Positions 49,526-63,615 of a stretch of DNA of 64,000 nucleotides are shown piece by piece. Source of the stretch: Takakia lepidozioides (Eukaryota > Plantae > Bryophyta); contig CM060734.1 in NCBI GenBank assembly GCA_030704615.1, positions 40,238,001 to 40,302,000 on the forward strand, written 5' to 3'. The position numbers and the translations under genes are program-made. The notes beneath the pieces are model-generated. The model made no database searches and had not been told where the DNA came from. It saw only the letters and a program-made list of their open reading frames with translations. The stretch's first letter is position 1. The number at the start of each line of letters is the position of its first letter.

Positions 49526-50260
49526 TGATCTGTGTGGGCCTGTGCTGGTCTGTGGTGGCCCGTGTTGACCTGTGGACGACCTGTGCTGACTCGTAGAGGC
49601 ACTGGTGGACTGCCTAAGGACAGGCATGTGGTCTTGAAGGCCGAATTTTGAAGCTCGTGGACGGCGGTTTGAGGAGTATCTTCATGATATTCCCATGGTC
49701 ATGCAAGTGAGGGAAGAGAGGAGAGGAAGAGTGTTTGGCATGAGGGCATGTTGGGGTTAGGCATTGCTTTAGCTTCTCTTCCTCGTAGTTTCCACCCTCT
49801 CATTAGGCCAAGACCTTTCCGTAGGTGGAGGCAAGAGTCAGTCTGGGTTTGGGCTGGGGTGTCCTTGCACGAGCAACACCGTGGAGTTGTTTTTGGTGTG
49901 GGGGAGTTGTCGTTCTGATTTCTTGTGTTTGGATCCCCTCCATACCTGCATGCTTGACTGTGCGTCATGCTAGTTTTGTGTGGGCGCTTGTTTTTATAGG
50001 TGATTGGTCCGGATTTGATCACCGGCCAGTCCTAGAGCATGCTGTCGATGGTGAGGCTAGGGTGATGACCAGCCAGACCATCATTGTTTCTCCTGTGGTG
50101 AGATTGGAGGCGATGACCAGCCAACCATAGGAGTGCTTGCGGTGGATGCAGGTACAGGTGTAGGCTATGTTAGGAACTTAGTATTCCAAACCATAAGCCG
50201 CAACAGGTTCTCTACCCGGTTACCTTGTGGAGAGGGGGTTAGGGACATGTTCATGATCGG

Positions 50261-53200
50261 TTGAGTGTCAACACGGAGGTGCCACTAGTTGCTGGGGACA
50301 GTGCCAGTTCGAGCACTAGCAATACTAATGGGTACACGAGACAAGGTGTGCGGTTTAGGCCACCTTCACCTCCTGTGTTTTTAACGGAAGGTTCTGATTC
50401 GGATTGTGAATCAGGAGGACTCATACCGGCGGTGTAAGTTGTTTCCTTGCCATTGCTGTGGGACACAATGGAGGAGATGTATGGAGCTACCAAGGGGCCA
50501 CGAAGGTACTCTAGGGCGGTGGGCACCATCGAGTTGGATGATTTTATCCAAGAGTTTGATAGTTGGTGTGATTTGCAGCAAATGCGCAATCCACAACTAT
50601 TTACGCCTTTCATGGCATGGAAGGGGCTGTTTCAGCACCTTGAGGGGCCGCCTATGGATGATTACCATGAGTTCAGGCGGGGGCATGAGGTTGAGATCGA
50701 GGAGTGGAGGATGTACTGGTCACCCGACTATGTCTCCATCACTAGGGGCACTAGAGTCACGAGGGCAGTGGCTACACCTGCCGCTGCACCGGCAGCTTCA
50801 GCAAACAGCAGTGGTACTAGTAGGACTGGTGGTACTGTAGTTACGATGTCCATCCAAGCCACTACCGCACCAGCACCAGTACTCGTGCCTGCCTTCAACC
50901 CTGTTGTGGAGTTCTTCGAAGAGTTGAGAGGGAACTACCAAGGGGTGAGGACAGAGAAGTTGCGGAGCTTGCAAGAGTTTCAACGGAAGCCTACTGAGAG
51001 CTTGAGGGAGGCTTTCACTCGCATGAGGCGCTTGATAAATGTAACCCAAGGGGTTACGGAAGCTCAGGCAATCCAATTTTGGTATGGGATATTGGACAAG
51101 GAGTTGAGGAGAAGGGTGCGGGATGCAACTCTCCTACAAGCGGCCCAACCCACCTTAACAAATGTGTTTTTGCTGGCAGAGCAGATAGAGCTCAACATGG
51201 TGGAGGAACGAGTGGTCATGGTGGGATTTGCTAAGGAGACACCACTGGGTAGTGGTGCTCATAGCCAACCACTACCTCAATGTGCTCAAGGCAACAAGGG
51301 GGCTCAGATGAAGCTCAGGGAAGGGCAGAGAGGACCTCAGATGCATGGGTCTCTCCCTTCATTTGCAGGCCAACAACGGGCGGATGTGGTGTGTTGGACA
51401 TGTGGAGGACCCCACGTCAAGAAGGATTGTCCAGAGGGAGGCAAAGGGCCGGCACATGCACAGCCTGCACAGTTGCAGTGTGGGCATTGTGGTAAGCACG
51501 GGCATGGAGAGGCCCAATGTTATGGTTTGCATCCCGAGTTGCGCCCAGGCCAGTTCCAAGGGAACAATGGTGGCCGGGGGCGAGGGGGAGCAGCCCAAAG
51601 AGAACGAGGTGGCCAGGCACGGGGGGTAGGCCAAGGGCAAGCTCAATAAGGCCAAAGACACGGAGGTCAGGGTGTTGACCAAGGCATGGCCAACCGGCTT
51701 CAACAGCTAGAGCAGAGGCTCGCTGCCATGGCTACAGCTCAGGTGGTACCGGCTCCAAGGCCGGATGGTCCACCTCCTGCTCCTGAGGGAGGAGATATGG
51801 GAGGCATGGGATTCATGTGCAGGGCAGCACTACCACTAGTGCAGGTAGAGTCTGCTGCAGCCGTGACTCAAGGAGCAGCACGAGTTCCTGAGCCGCGAGG
51901 TGCAGAGGTGGAGTTGGATCCACAGCGTGGGGAGGCAAGCCGTCAGGCTAGGCTTCCTCAGTCATTCACATTGGCGGAGACAGTGTCGACGCCATCCATG
52001 GCACCTAGTTCTCGCTCGACTGTTACCGAGGCGGAGATTACTATGCCATTGGGGAGAGCTACACGGGTAGCACCACTATCTAGTGTAGCCAAGGCTACGG
52101 CAGCTAGTGTGCTGCTGGGGGCGGCCACAGCTGTGTGCCAGGCTCCATTGTTCTCGGCTACCATGATTGCGACGTCGGGGGTAAGACCAGCTGAGGTGTT
52201 CAGGCTGGTAGGGTCAAGACTGCCACGGCGGCGCCATGGCAAGCTGCAGCTGTCAGGTTGATGGAGCTGCCAGCTAGGCCAGCCATTGAGCGCGCCATGG
52301 TGACACCTGGAGTTGTCATGTTAGACAACTAGGATGGCATTTTCTGTTTGAGTGGACCGGCACGCAAGAGGTACCGGCCATTGCGGGTCTTGTTGGACTC
52401 GGGCTCAGCCATTGATGCTGGGCAGAGCTACTATTGTAGGCTTGGGCCTCACGGAGACGGATATGGAGCCTTGTCATTTCCAAATACAGACGTCTCTGGG
52501 AGGATCGGAGCAGGCTCGGGGCATGACACGGCGTGAGTTGGCTATCAGACTACAGCCGGATCATCCTACAGATGGCTCAGTGATAAGAGCCAAGACCATT
52601 GTGACAGACGCGGTCTCGTACGATGTCTTTGTTGGTGGGATGGTGTTGTACCCCATGGGCTTCACCCTGGATTTTTGGGAGGAGTCAGCTTCCTATAGGC
52701 CTGGATGGCAGTCAGGGGAGGGCCGGCATGTGCAGCTCCCTGTGACGTTCATAGGAGGAGTTGCGGTTGCCCAGCGAGGCAAGATGCCAACACTGGCAAC
52801 ATTCACAGCTGCAGTGAGTGGGCCTGGAGAGTTGCTAGAGGGCAACGCTCATTCAGAGGATGTGTCACCTCCGGGAGAGCAGAATGACATGTATGGTATG
52901 GCGGAGTTGCCTGCCATGGTTGCTCACACTCCATTGTGTGGTTCGAGCAAGGATTTGCAGCGGGTTGCTGATTGTCATGTGCAACAAGCCTGGGTAGAGG
53001 CTTTTGTACCGTCAGGAGAGGAGGACAGTGCGGGGATTGCACCAGGACCACCTCAGTTGTCACCATTGGACACCACACCGATTGTGTGGCCGTGTCCGGA
53101 TGAATGCATTTGCCTTCTGGACTTGTTTGGCGGGATCAGCACCGGATTGGTTGTTGTTCTACAGGCAGGTGTATGAGTACGACGTTACTTGTATGTGGAG

Positions 53201-54659
53201 AAGGATGAGACTACACGACGCGTCTCACTCCGTCATATTGCTCAGTTGGTGCAGCAGTACCCTGAGTTGTTGCCGGACTCTGCGGTTCATGGATATCAGC
53301 AGGCCTTGCCAGCAGACATTTCGTTGCTGGGGGCGCAGGATTTGGAGCAGGTTGGCTCCATTGATCTGGTAGTGGCAAGTTGGCCCTGCCAAGGGCATTC
53401 ATCAGCCGGGCATGACAATGGATTGCGAGATTCGAGGTCGGGTCTGTTTTGGGAGATGGTGCGGGTTTTGCGCCACTTGCAGCTTCATCAAGCTGTATCT
53501 CCAGCATACATATTGGAGAATGTGCCACTGATGGGCGATTCTCGGGCTAGGGTGATGGCCAGTGTGCATCAAGTCCGGTCGTGGCTTGGGTCAGCAGTAT
53601 TGCTGGATGCAGCTACAGTGGGGTCACGGGCTCATCGTCCACGGCTATGGTGGACTAACTTGATGCCACCCGCACTGCTCAAGCGTGCATTTGATGGGGT
53701 GCAGCGGCCAGCACACCTCATAGTGGATAGCATTTTGGACACATGGAGGCAGTCTCAGCGTGTGAGACACGATGACCGTTTGCCTTTGGTAGTGGTCAAC
53801 AGGGTGGGTCAACCACGAGCAGCATTACCTACACTGCTCAACTTCCCAGGATCGCATGCTTTCCGGGATAGTGGACCTAGCCTCCTGTGGGATGCTCAGT
53901 TGCAGCAGTTAGTGGAACCTAATGCTGACGAGCGTGAGCGGGCGATGGGTTTTACCACTGGTACCACGGCGGTGTCGTCTCTTTCTGAGGCATCACGTCG
54001 TCAGGTGTTGGGGCAAGCAATGGATCTCAATTGCTTGACCTGGATTATCAGCTTGGCTATGGCTGAGCAACGCAGAGTGCGGAGTACACTTCCCTCGATG
54101 GTCTCTCTGCCTACCGAGACGGTACAGGCAGTGAGTAGGGGCGGCATGTAAGGACCACGAGGTGCAGGCATCCATGGCACACGTAGGAGGTGCTCGAGGT
54201 TCAAAGGGAGTTGGCAGCCAAGGTGGCGGTGATGGATGAGGTTGGGGATTTTTCTCAGGTTGAGGAAGTCCTCGAGGATGAGATGATGGGGCAAGATGAG
54301 GCCTTGTCATTGACTGAGCAGGTAGGGCCCTGGATGTCACTGCAGGGCGTGTTATTCAGAGGGTTCGAGAGGTGTTGCCCTCAGGAGTCCTGATCTTGGA
54401 AGGTCGGGATGGCATGACTTGGAAAGACCATGTGCGTAATTGTGCGCCATGTCACATTCCCAATGTCGATGGCAGAGTTGACCCAAACTTGGCAGTGGTA
54501 CCTGCAAGTTTGAGGTGCATGCTCTGTGGGTCTGCTAAAGGGGCAGCCACCATGCTAATGTGTGATCGATGCTCAAGGGGTTGGCATATGGGATGCTTGA
54601 CACCACCTCTTGAGAAGGTTCCTGACGGAGATTGGTTGTGTCCACACTGCTTGGGATAG
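50261..54659 (+). pseudogene. Disrupted gag-protease-DNMT-(delta RT/RH/IN)-PHD polyprotein of copy 4
   Basis: Gag ELDDFIQEFDSW...QRKPTESLREAF, CWTCGGPHVKKDC, CGHCGKHGHGEAQC, VLLDSG, DNMT ~53106-54151 (stop at 53174-53176), PHD ~54515-54650; several stops and frameshifts. Confidence 0.88.
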
Positions 54660-57339
54660 TGGCAGTGGACATGACTGGAGGCAGCTAATAAGACATGGGA
54701 GGTCAAGCTCATAGGAGTCAATACATGAGATGCCAAACTCAAGTTCATAGGTTGCAAGATGGGAACTAGCGATGGGGCAACTCTTGCACCCGGCCTCTTG
54801 ATCTATCGAGTTTTAGTGTAGTAGGAATAGTGGTGGAGGACTTAGTGAGGCTATGGTCACTATCACATCTTGTGGCTACCTGGACTTAGAGGGACCTAAG
54901 CACCAGCTAGGGGGACGATTGTGTGGACTAGTGACTGCCATAGTGGGCAGCATAGTGGCAGCCTAGTGACTGACTAATTGTAGCCTAGTGGTTGGACTAG
55001 TGGCTGGACTAGTGATATACTAGTGTGTGGCGTGCACATGTGTTGTGTGGTTTTGGACAGCGATGTAGTTGTGTAGCGATATGTATGCGCACGACACATT
55101 TCTTCTTCTTCCTTTTTCTTGTTTTTTGTGTTTTTTGCAAGAACAGGGGACAGTGGCCGTGGAAATATATTAAACGGGAGGCGCTAGAAAAAACCAACCA
55201 AGGCGAGGAACCATGAGGAAACATCATTTTGATCTGGTGACACCCAGACCAAACCCCTAGGGTTGAAGCTATGACAAAGGGCCAAGGAAAATGATGACGA
55301 GCTAGCTAGATCCTAGATGTTTTTCAGATTGAGGGATAAGAAACTTATAAATCAGGAAAGTCGGAGCTCTCCACCTTCATAGTAGTCGAAAACCAAATTC
55401 CTAGCTAGAAAAAACCAAGTGGGCGAGATAACAACCTTCCACCAACCTAAGCATGTAAGGAGAAAATGAAGCTAAGTGGGAGGACCTGCAGATTGGACAC
55501 ACAAGAATGGCATGGACAGTGACATCGAATTAGTTATATGTCCCATGCTACCTGAGCACTCAGAATAAAAGTGGATACATATTGCGTGCCCTGTTCACAA
55601 TGAGAAACCTATTCAACACAAATTCATACATAATCAAAAGATCAAGTGCAGTATTAGCATACACTTTCAAGTTATAATTGAAAGATCTAAGATAAGATAA
55701 ATTTTATTTACTGTCCAGTTACAGTGTCTACTACCACATGGTGAAGGATTGAACCCAAGATCACCCAAGTTATGCACATGCAAGGCAAAAAATACCCAAC
55801 CATAGGGCTACTTGCTATAAGGTAATTACAAAAATAATCTTACTTATAATACATCACATAATGTAGGATTTGTATCCCTCATAGAAGTCTATGTCACTAC
55901 ATCATCCAATAGGTTTAGATATCCACAAACTGACATAACAAGCTTCAAGATTTATCTGAATCAATGCTCAGCCCCAACATCAAGGCAACAATTACCTGAA
56001 TTGACGAATTTGCAAGTCCAATCTTATCTCCTCAATCTCTTGTTAGAGCGTAGGGGTGTCCAGAGTAATTTTTGGCTGCCTTCCTTGTTGACACTGCTTT
56101 CCTGAGAAAAATTAGAAAATTACTAGAAAAAACATGATCAAAACATTACATTTGAAATACGAAGAACATGATTTCAATTTCAAATATGGAGTTTCCAATG
56201 CAAAATTAGAAAAAAGAGGCAACCTTACATTTGGCTTCCATTCCTTCTGGGCTTGCTTCCTTAGGACCTCTGTCTCCTTTCCTTTTCTCTCTGTAGTCAT
56301 TTCCTTTCGGGGTGATCTTGTAAAACCAAATGGATTTGGCTCCAAACCTCTCTTGAGATTGTTGTTGTCATGCACATTCTGCATCATGATTAAACAAATG
56401 TATAATGAATGATGTCAGTGTCTTCCTCTCGTACAATTGTATCATTTCAACACTTAAGTTGGTTGTGTAGGTTACTTTTCTTGTTGCAACTCAATTCCTA
56501 TACCGTATTGGGTCTCTTATACTTCAATAGTACATATCTCCACAACAATATATTGATATCAAAACATAGTAAGGAACATTGATTCCAAACATACAAAGAA
56601 AGTAATAGTGCATTATTAGAGATAATAATAATAATATTTGAATTTGAATTTGAATTTTTATATTAGAAAAAACATATTTAATAGTATTTTCTTAATTCTA
56701 GCGACGACCAAAGATCAAGAGCTAGTATAGCGTAGAGCAGATATAGGGTGCCATAATGCCACATCATCGTCACCATGTTTCGTCGCCATGTTTCGTACGT
56801 CGTCAAGTTTTTTATATCTGCCCGGACTTCCCAAAAATAACCGTGAGAGGTTGCAGCGCGGGGAAGAGACGATGATGGCTTGAGCGCGGATGGGTTTCAC
56901 ACACCAAAATGAGGTGACATGCTCATGTCATGGATTCTCTTTTCTTTGTTCATGTTCATTGTTCTCATTTTCAACTTGACCTTTGTCTTCCGCACAAACT
57001 GTAATGAAGAGCACCAACATTCTTTTGATTGACTGGTGCAATACTCCAAATCTGCGCTCGCTGTTGTCTCCTTCTTGTGCTTGTCGTACACTATCCGCAC
57101 ATATGGGCTTTGTGAAACTCTTCTTCTCGACATAATCATCAAGGAGTCGAGGAAAATACAACAAAGATTTGAAAAGAGCTAGATGTGAGTCTCACCCCCT
57201 CCTTCTCGTTCCCCCTCTCTTTCCTTCTTTCTTTAGACTATGTACATAGGTTTAGCCATTCGGTTGTTCGGTAGACAATTTTTATACAAGCGCATATCTG
57301 AAAATGGTTTTATAGTCAGTTCAAAAACTAAATTATTCT

Positions 57340-58210
57340 ATGTCAGTAACCTCAACTTCTCATTGCCAATATGACCCATTCGTTTGTGTCAGATCCATAT
57401 TATTTGATATGGTATTTATAGTTGACACTGATAAGAGATTATTCTGCGTATTAATTTGTGTATGTTCTTGAACTCCCACTGAAGTTCCAAGAGAGTACAA
57501 GTTGCCTTTTCGTAACCCTATGGTAATATTATTCTTACCATTTATCTGTTTCTTCGTTATAAAAGACTCTTTTATAAACTCGAGACAATATTCAGCGTCA
57601 ACAGCTTTGCTGACTGTTATTAAGATTTTTCCTTAAAACGAGGTACCAATAGTACATCTGGAATTTGTCATATATCATTCTCAAGTTTGATTACAATAGT
57701 GCTTTGTCCAGATATTGAATGACATGAATTATCCCCTAAATATATCTCCTCTTTCGTTGAAAGTTTTTGATAGGAGATAAACCAATTTAAATTTAGGGTC
57801 ATATGTTGTGTAGCACCATGATTAAGATACTAAGAATTATAATTGGTGACTTCAACAGTAAGTGTTGCTACAAAGAGTTTGCTACAAAGAGTTGAAGTTC
57901 CTTTGAGACAATGTTTGCCAGAGAGAACTTCTTATCTTTTTATTCAGCAACAATTTTTTTCTGGTAGTCTTTAAGAAAATGACCAGGCTTCTTACAAAAG
58001 AAACATTAAATCCCTCCAAGTACATTCTCTTTCAAATGTAAAGTACTTCCTATATCATTCCCTTTGTTCGGATGATACTCATTAGTCTTCATTTTATTTC
58101 CCCAATAATAGTTGTTTCCTGCGAACAACACTTCGTCTTTTGTAGACCCTATGACTTGTCATTTCCTTCTCATTTCCTCCTTGAGAAATAAGCCTCAACT
58201 GTAAGATTTG
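57340..58210 (-). mobile_element. Highly decayed Copia gag/protease remnant
   Basis: Minus strand gives an xYLxxGATQHMT protease-like motif, VLLVPRFKENL-like text and zinc-knuckle remnants; many stops. Confidence 0.65.
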
Positions 58211-59249
58211 TTTGTCCCTTCCATCCCTTATCTTTTATGTTATTTCATTGTCAGAATGAGGTCCATACTGATGTTTCATTTTTTGGTCTGTCCAATATAG
58301 ACACTTAATATTAAAGGTTGGGGAGGTGGAGAAGGACTGAAAGGTGGAGTAGGCCTGAATTTTGTGTTTCAGAAAGAACAACATGGAGGGGAAGAGGCTA
58401 GCCTCCAAACAGTTCGAGAACTTGCATCTGCCACAAAAGGTTACTTAAAACATTCGGATGGAAAAATCAATTGTCCATACAATGAAAATTATATGGTATA
58501 TATTTTTTCTGGGAGTACCGACTTTTTTTCCTTACAATGTGGTTTCCGCCTATTTTTTAGAGAAACCAGTGAACCACACAAAGAAGTGTTAAGGTATGTT
58601 TTTTTTTTTGAGTAATATCTTTCTTTTCCCCACTAATTGCGTCAGCAATGCCTCAATAACACTACCAGCTAGGCCCATTACAATTGTGAGGTATGCCCCT
58701 TTTGGTATTGGTGTTCGTAGATGAATTATGGGGGAGATGTACACTTTCGATGAAAAATCTGGTTGATTACATTCAGAATGTTATACATGACTACGACAAT
58801 TTCAAGGCATGTTGGCAGACAAATCCATTTGGTTTTGTAAGACCCGGGGAGCAAGTGATTATAGAGAGAGTATCAAATGAGACAAAGGTCCTAAGGAAGC
58901 AAGTCCAGAAGGTTATGAAAGCCAAATAAGGCTGCCCCTACTTCTCTTCCATTCTGGAAACTCTATTTGAATTGAATTGAAAATTGTATTTGAAATCTGT
59001 ATGTATCTGCATTTGTATTTGACATTTGAAATGTATTTGAAGTCCTTTTGTTTATCTATATCTAAATCTGGAATTCCAAAGATGAATGTGTCTCAACCTT
59101 CAAATCTTAGTGTGTCGGTTGTTAGATGTTGTGATGATGGATGTCTATACATTTGGATCTTGAATGAACTTTGGATTGTGCGTCATGGCAATAACACTCT
59201 GGTTATCACAATTGATAATAGTTGGTCTGATTTGCTTATAATATCTCAC

Positions 59250-61625
59250 ATTGCATAAACATATTTCACCTCAGTGCAATGGGTGTCTGTCTCTTACTCA
59301 TCCAACTCACTACTCCTGAGTATAATAAGAAGCAATATCCGGATGTTGACTTACGACTATCAAGATTACACTCGTCCAATTGCATTTGTGTAATCCAACT
59401 TTGGAGCTTGAGTTGTATCTTTATACAACAATCCATGATTAATTAGAAGCTCTTTTCAAATACCTAAAAATACGCTTTACAACAATCTAGTGTTGTAGTC
59501 CAGGGTTTGACATATGTTGAGATACCATCCCAACTGCAAAAGCGATTTCAGGTTATGTACACACCATACCGTAGATTAAGCTGTCTACTGCAATTTGAGA
59601 AGGAAACATCTTATGTTCTTCAATCGTTAAAGGTGCTTGTTCTCTAGAAAGTTTACTTCCTCCTTCAACAGGATTGCTGACAAATTTATATGACTCCATA
59701 TTAAACTTCTTTAACACATTTTTTATATTTATTTTGGTTTCAGAATATGGTTTTCAGTTTCCTATTTCTTTGAACTTGAATACCAACACCATATTGTATA
59801 GATCCCATGTCTGTCAGTTCAAACTCATCCTTTAATCATTCTTGGTCTGTAATAGTATTTGGGTCGTTGCTGACAATAAAAGTATCATCCACATATAGAG
59901 CAAGAATTAAGAATACATCACTTTGTCGTTTTATGTAGATATTTGAATCTGCCTCATTCTTTTCAAAATGAATTGAAATTAGAAAAATATCAATCCTTTG
60001 GTACGAGGCCCTTGGTGACTACTTTAACCCTAAAGGGTCTTATTGAGTTAGCACATCATGTTAGTTTTCTTTTGATTCACATAACCCTCCAATTGTTGCA
60101 TATATAATTCTTCTTCTATGTTACCATTCAAAAATGTTGTCTTTACGTCCATCTGATGGGTATCATAGTCTTTACCTGCAAACTAATGCAAGAAGAACTC
60201 TAAGTGAAGTTATTTTCACTACTGGAGAAAATGTATCATGGTAGTCTACTCCCTCAGTGTGGGAATAACATTTAGCTACAAGCCTTGCTTTATATAGTCA
60301 ATTGTACCATCTGACTTCAATTTAATTTTGAATATCCGTGACTTACATCCAATAGTTTTTCTATTCTATACGGTAAGTTCATAAGTGACGAAGTATTACT
60401 TTCATAAGTGACTTATATTTCTCACTCACTGCATGCTTCCACTTCTTTGAATTGATCAATCGTTGCTAGTGCTTCCTTTATAGTCGTAGGCCCAGACATT
60501 TTACTTTCTATTAAATATGCTTTAGCAAAACTCAATGAATATTCCAGCAATCGTTTTGTTGGTCTTCTTTCTCCTTCAGATCTTTGTAAACTCATTGGCA
60601 TTTCTTCTTCTTCAAGGTTAAGATCAGGTACCTCAGCTGTAACTTTGGTTGTTGTTCTAGTTGATGCTCCTATTTAGGTTCTTCAATCGTATCATAATGA
60701 GAATCAATCATTAGCACTGAATAATATTTAAGTTATTTGGATCTCCCACTACTTCTTTATGTTCCCTCTGTCATTGATTCTCTTCAAATACCACATCTCT
60801 ACTTATGATTACTGATTTAGATTCCATATCATATAGCTTATAGCCCTTAGTGCTTTCACTATAACCAATAAACAAATATTTGTGGCTCTTAGAAACTTAT
60901 TTCTTTTGCTTCTCCTTAAGAAATATGTGAGGATATCCAGAGGCGACGTGAGTAGTAAAGGAGGTGGTAGTTAATTATTTCAAGAGGAAAGACATGATGA
61001 GGCTGCAAAGTTATGTCCGGCATGAATACTTGGGATTTGTTACTTTTTAGCATAATATGGAGAGGCCCAAGAAATTTAAATGACTTATACTTGGTTATAA
61101 TCCCAGTCCAAGCTTCTTCATGTGTTTTCTCAATAACTTAGTAGCAGTGTGTGCCATATTGTGCGGATATGTTGCGGTAGCTATTGCCTCTACACAAAAT
61201 ACATTTGACAACCTTGCGTGTTTTAACATACATCTTGCACCTTTTTCAAGTGTTATGTTCTTTTGTTCTGACACCCCATTTTGCTGAGGTGTGTAGGAAA
61301 CTGTTAGTTATCTTTTGAGTCCTTGCTCAATACAAAATTGATTAAATGAACCGACAATGTACTCCCCTCCAATATCACTCCTTAAGAACTTTAATTGCCT
61401 GTTTGGGTTTCAGCCATAGCTTTATAGCCTTTAAATTTCTCCAAGACTTTATTTTTTCTTTTAAGAAAATACACACACGTCTTTCTTGAAAAAGCATCTA
61501 TGAAAGTAATAAAATACTTTGGCCCGCTAAGAAACACAGTTTGCATATGACACAAATATCAAAAGGGACTAATTTCAATAAATTTGTTGCCGGTTTTCCA
61601 CCACCCATTGGAAATTGTTTTCTTT
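59250..61625 (-). mobile_element. Highly decayed Copia integrase-RT remnant
   Basis: Minus strand SDIGGEY, YTPQQNGVSE, SRDVVFEE, KARLVAK, QMDVKT, ALYVDD, CTRPDIA motifs with many stops. Confidence 0.85.
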
Positions 61626-61964
61626 GTTGTTTACCACCCAAGCCCAACCACTCATCACCAAACGCGGAGCCCCACTGAGTCACATCCAAGAGATCAGCCC
61701 ATAATTTATTTTATGTTTTTCTTAAAATTAAGAGGGGACGGGCCCTCAAAATTTTATTGATAAAGAGGGGAAAAATAAAGCTTTTACTGGCTTCCTCCCC
61801 TTTAAAAATAAAATAAAAAGGGGAGAAAAGAAAACCCAGAGGCCGATATGGCAAGAACACTCCCCCACAGTGGGCCGGGGATGAATACCATCCACATAGA
61901 TGGCGACAACAACACTACCTATTTCATTTTCCTTATTGTTTGTAGTCTGGTTGGGTTTTGGAAG

Positions 61965-63615
61965 TTAGGGCATTAGATGACACTGGACACTTGGGTCAAT
62001 GACACATGCTACCCTAGTCAATATATGAAGCGAGACGTTTGTTTTGTTTTGTAGCGTCCTTGAGATCTCCCAAACCGGGGCAGCCCCTGTGCTTGGTGCC
62101 ATTGGAAAGCCCTCCGTGAGGAGGCTTGGTCTCATAATTGTTGGACCTGCGATGTGGGCGATGTGGGAGATGTGGAATTCCAAGTACTTTTGGTCGCTGG
62201 AAATTCGCAAAAAATAGCAAAGTAGGTTTTCATGGAGCAATGATTGGCCCTTAACATGGGAGATTTGGAATTTCAAGTACTTTCGATCGCTGGAAATTCG
62301 TGAAAAATAGCAAAGTGGATATATCAATATATGAAACGGGAGATTATACTTGATACGGGAGATTGCAAAAATAGCAAAGTGGGCTTTGGGATTGCACTTG
62401 GACTTAGGTGACATTGGACACTTGAGGTTGCACTTGGGCCTCTACGTAGGATGCAACAGTCCTGCTTTAATGTTAGGCCTCTAGAGTATGAAATTTCTAA
62501 CAGATAGCCAGGTATCACATATAACCTGACAGCAGGGAGAATTTTCATAAATTATCAGTTACAAGAGGCACAGTAAACCAGGTCATGCCAATGAAAGATA
62601 ACATTTAATCATTGAGTAGGTTGAAAATATGAAAGAATGTCGGTTTGTAAAATGTCGGTTATGCCTAGCTAAAATCACTTCCTTCTAGATTGCTAAACAC
62701 TTCACGAGACAAGCACTAGTATCGGTGTTTGGCTACGCAAGATAGAAATGTAAAATGTCAATGGCAGCTTGAACCTCATGAATGGATGAATGGATGGATG
62801 GATGGATGCTCAGCTTGAACCTCATAAATGGATGAATGGATGCTCTATTTCAGATGAGCATGAATGGATGGTCTATTTTGGGGACGTCTCTCTATGGAAT
62901 CTAACTACTATATGAGTTAACACTATGAAGAGTAGGATAAACTAACAATTAACCACTTAACACTCTTGACATGGTTTCTAGTGTATTTTTTTGCAGAATA
63001 TCAAAACCGTAACATTTAGAGTGAAATAACACATAAGCAGGTAACAATAAGGCAAGGTCGACTGTATGAGTTATGTAGCTAGAGAATATATTCTCTCGAA
63101 TAAGAGACTGGATCAAGTCAAAGAGCATATTGGAAAAGGGAGTTCGATGGAATTTTGAATATTCAGCTCTTATGCTTCAGCGGCAAACATCATGATTCAT
63201 GCCATGTTCAGCTGAATTTGCACATCGATACATAGGAGATTGCACTTGGGCTTAGATTTCAATTCTTTATACATGGGCCAATGGCACACGCGCTACCGTA
63301 GATCCCAAACAGTGGGGTCTCTGGATACATAGGGGATTGCACTTGGATAAACATGACACTTGACACTTGGGCAAACGGCACAGGCTACCCTAGTATTGTA
63401 CAATCATCATAAACCCAATTTGTTTTTTTCCATGAATTGCAAGAGACAAAAAAATACTTGAAATTCAATATCTCCCACATTGTAAGTCCAAAACTTATGA
63501 AACCACCGCGATGCACCCCTACTCATTGAGGGCTTTTCAATGGTATCATGATGGCAGAGGCCTTGCGATTTGGTAGATCACAATGACATTGCAAACAAAA
63601 CAAAACAAACTATTT
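61965..63615. repeat. Cluster of diverged dispersed-repeat fragments, partly inverted
   Basis: 62036-62170 resembles the reverse complement of ~63470-63610; GATTGCACTTGG...GACACTT units recur at ~62390, 63238 and 63335; GGAT repeats at 62780-62870. Confidence 0.55.

Larger units (their letters stand above)
47414..55096 (+). mobile_element. End-to-end non-autonomous DNMT-carrying gypsy-like retroelement (copy 4), A...B form
   Basis: TGTC...GACA termini with 4-bp TSD CATT (47410-47413, 55097-55100); A 47414-47740, B 54920-55096, PPT ~54909-54918; gag, two zinc knuckles, LLDSG protease, DNMT, integrase C-terminal fragment and PHD; no RT. Confidence 0.93.

Noticed and set aside
47414-55096. DIRS/PAT tyrosine-recombinase element, suggested by split direct repeats
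   Set aside because: No recombinase seen; aspartic protease, integrase-tail-like segment, TG/CA ends and differing 4-bp TSDs favour a gypsy DDE element (provisional until the autonomous partner is found).
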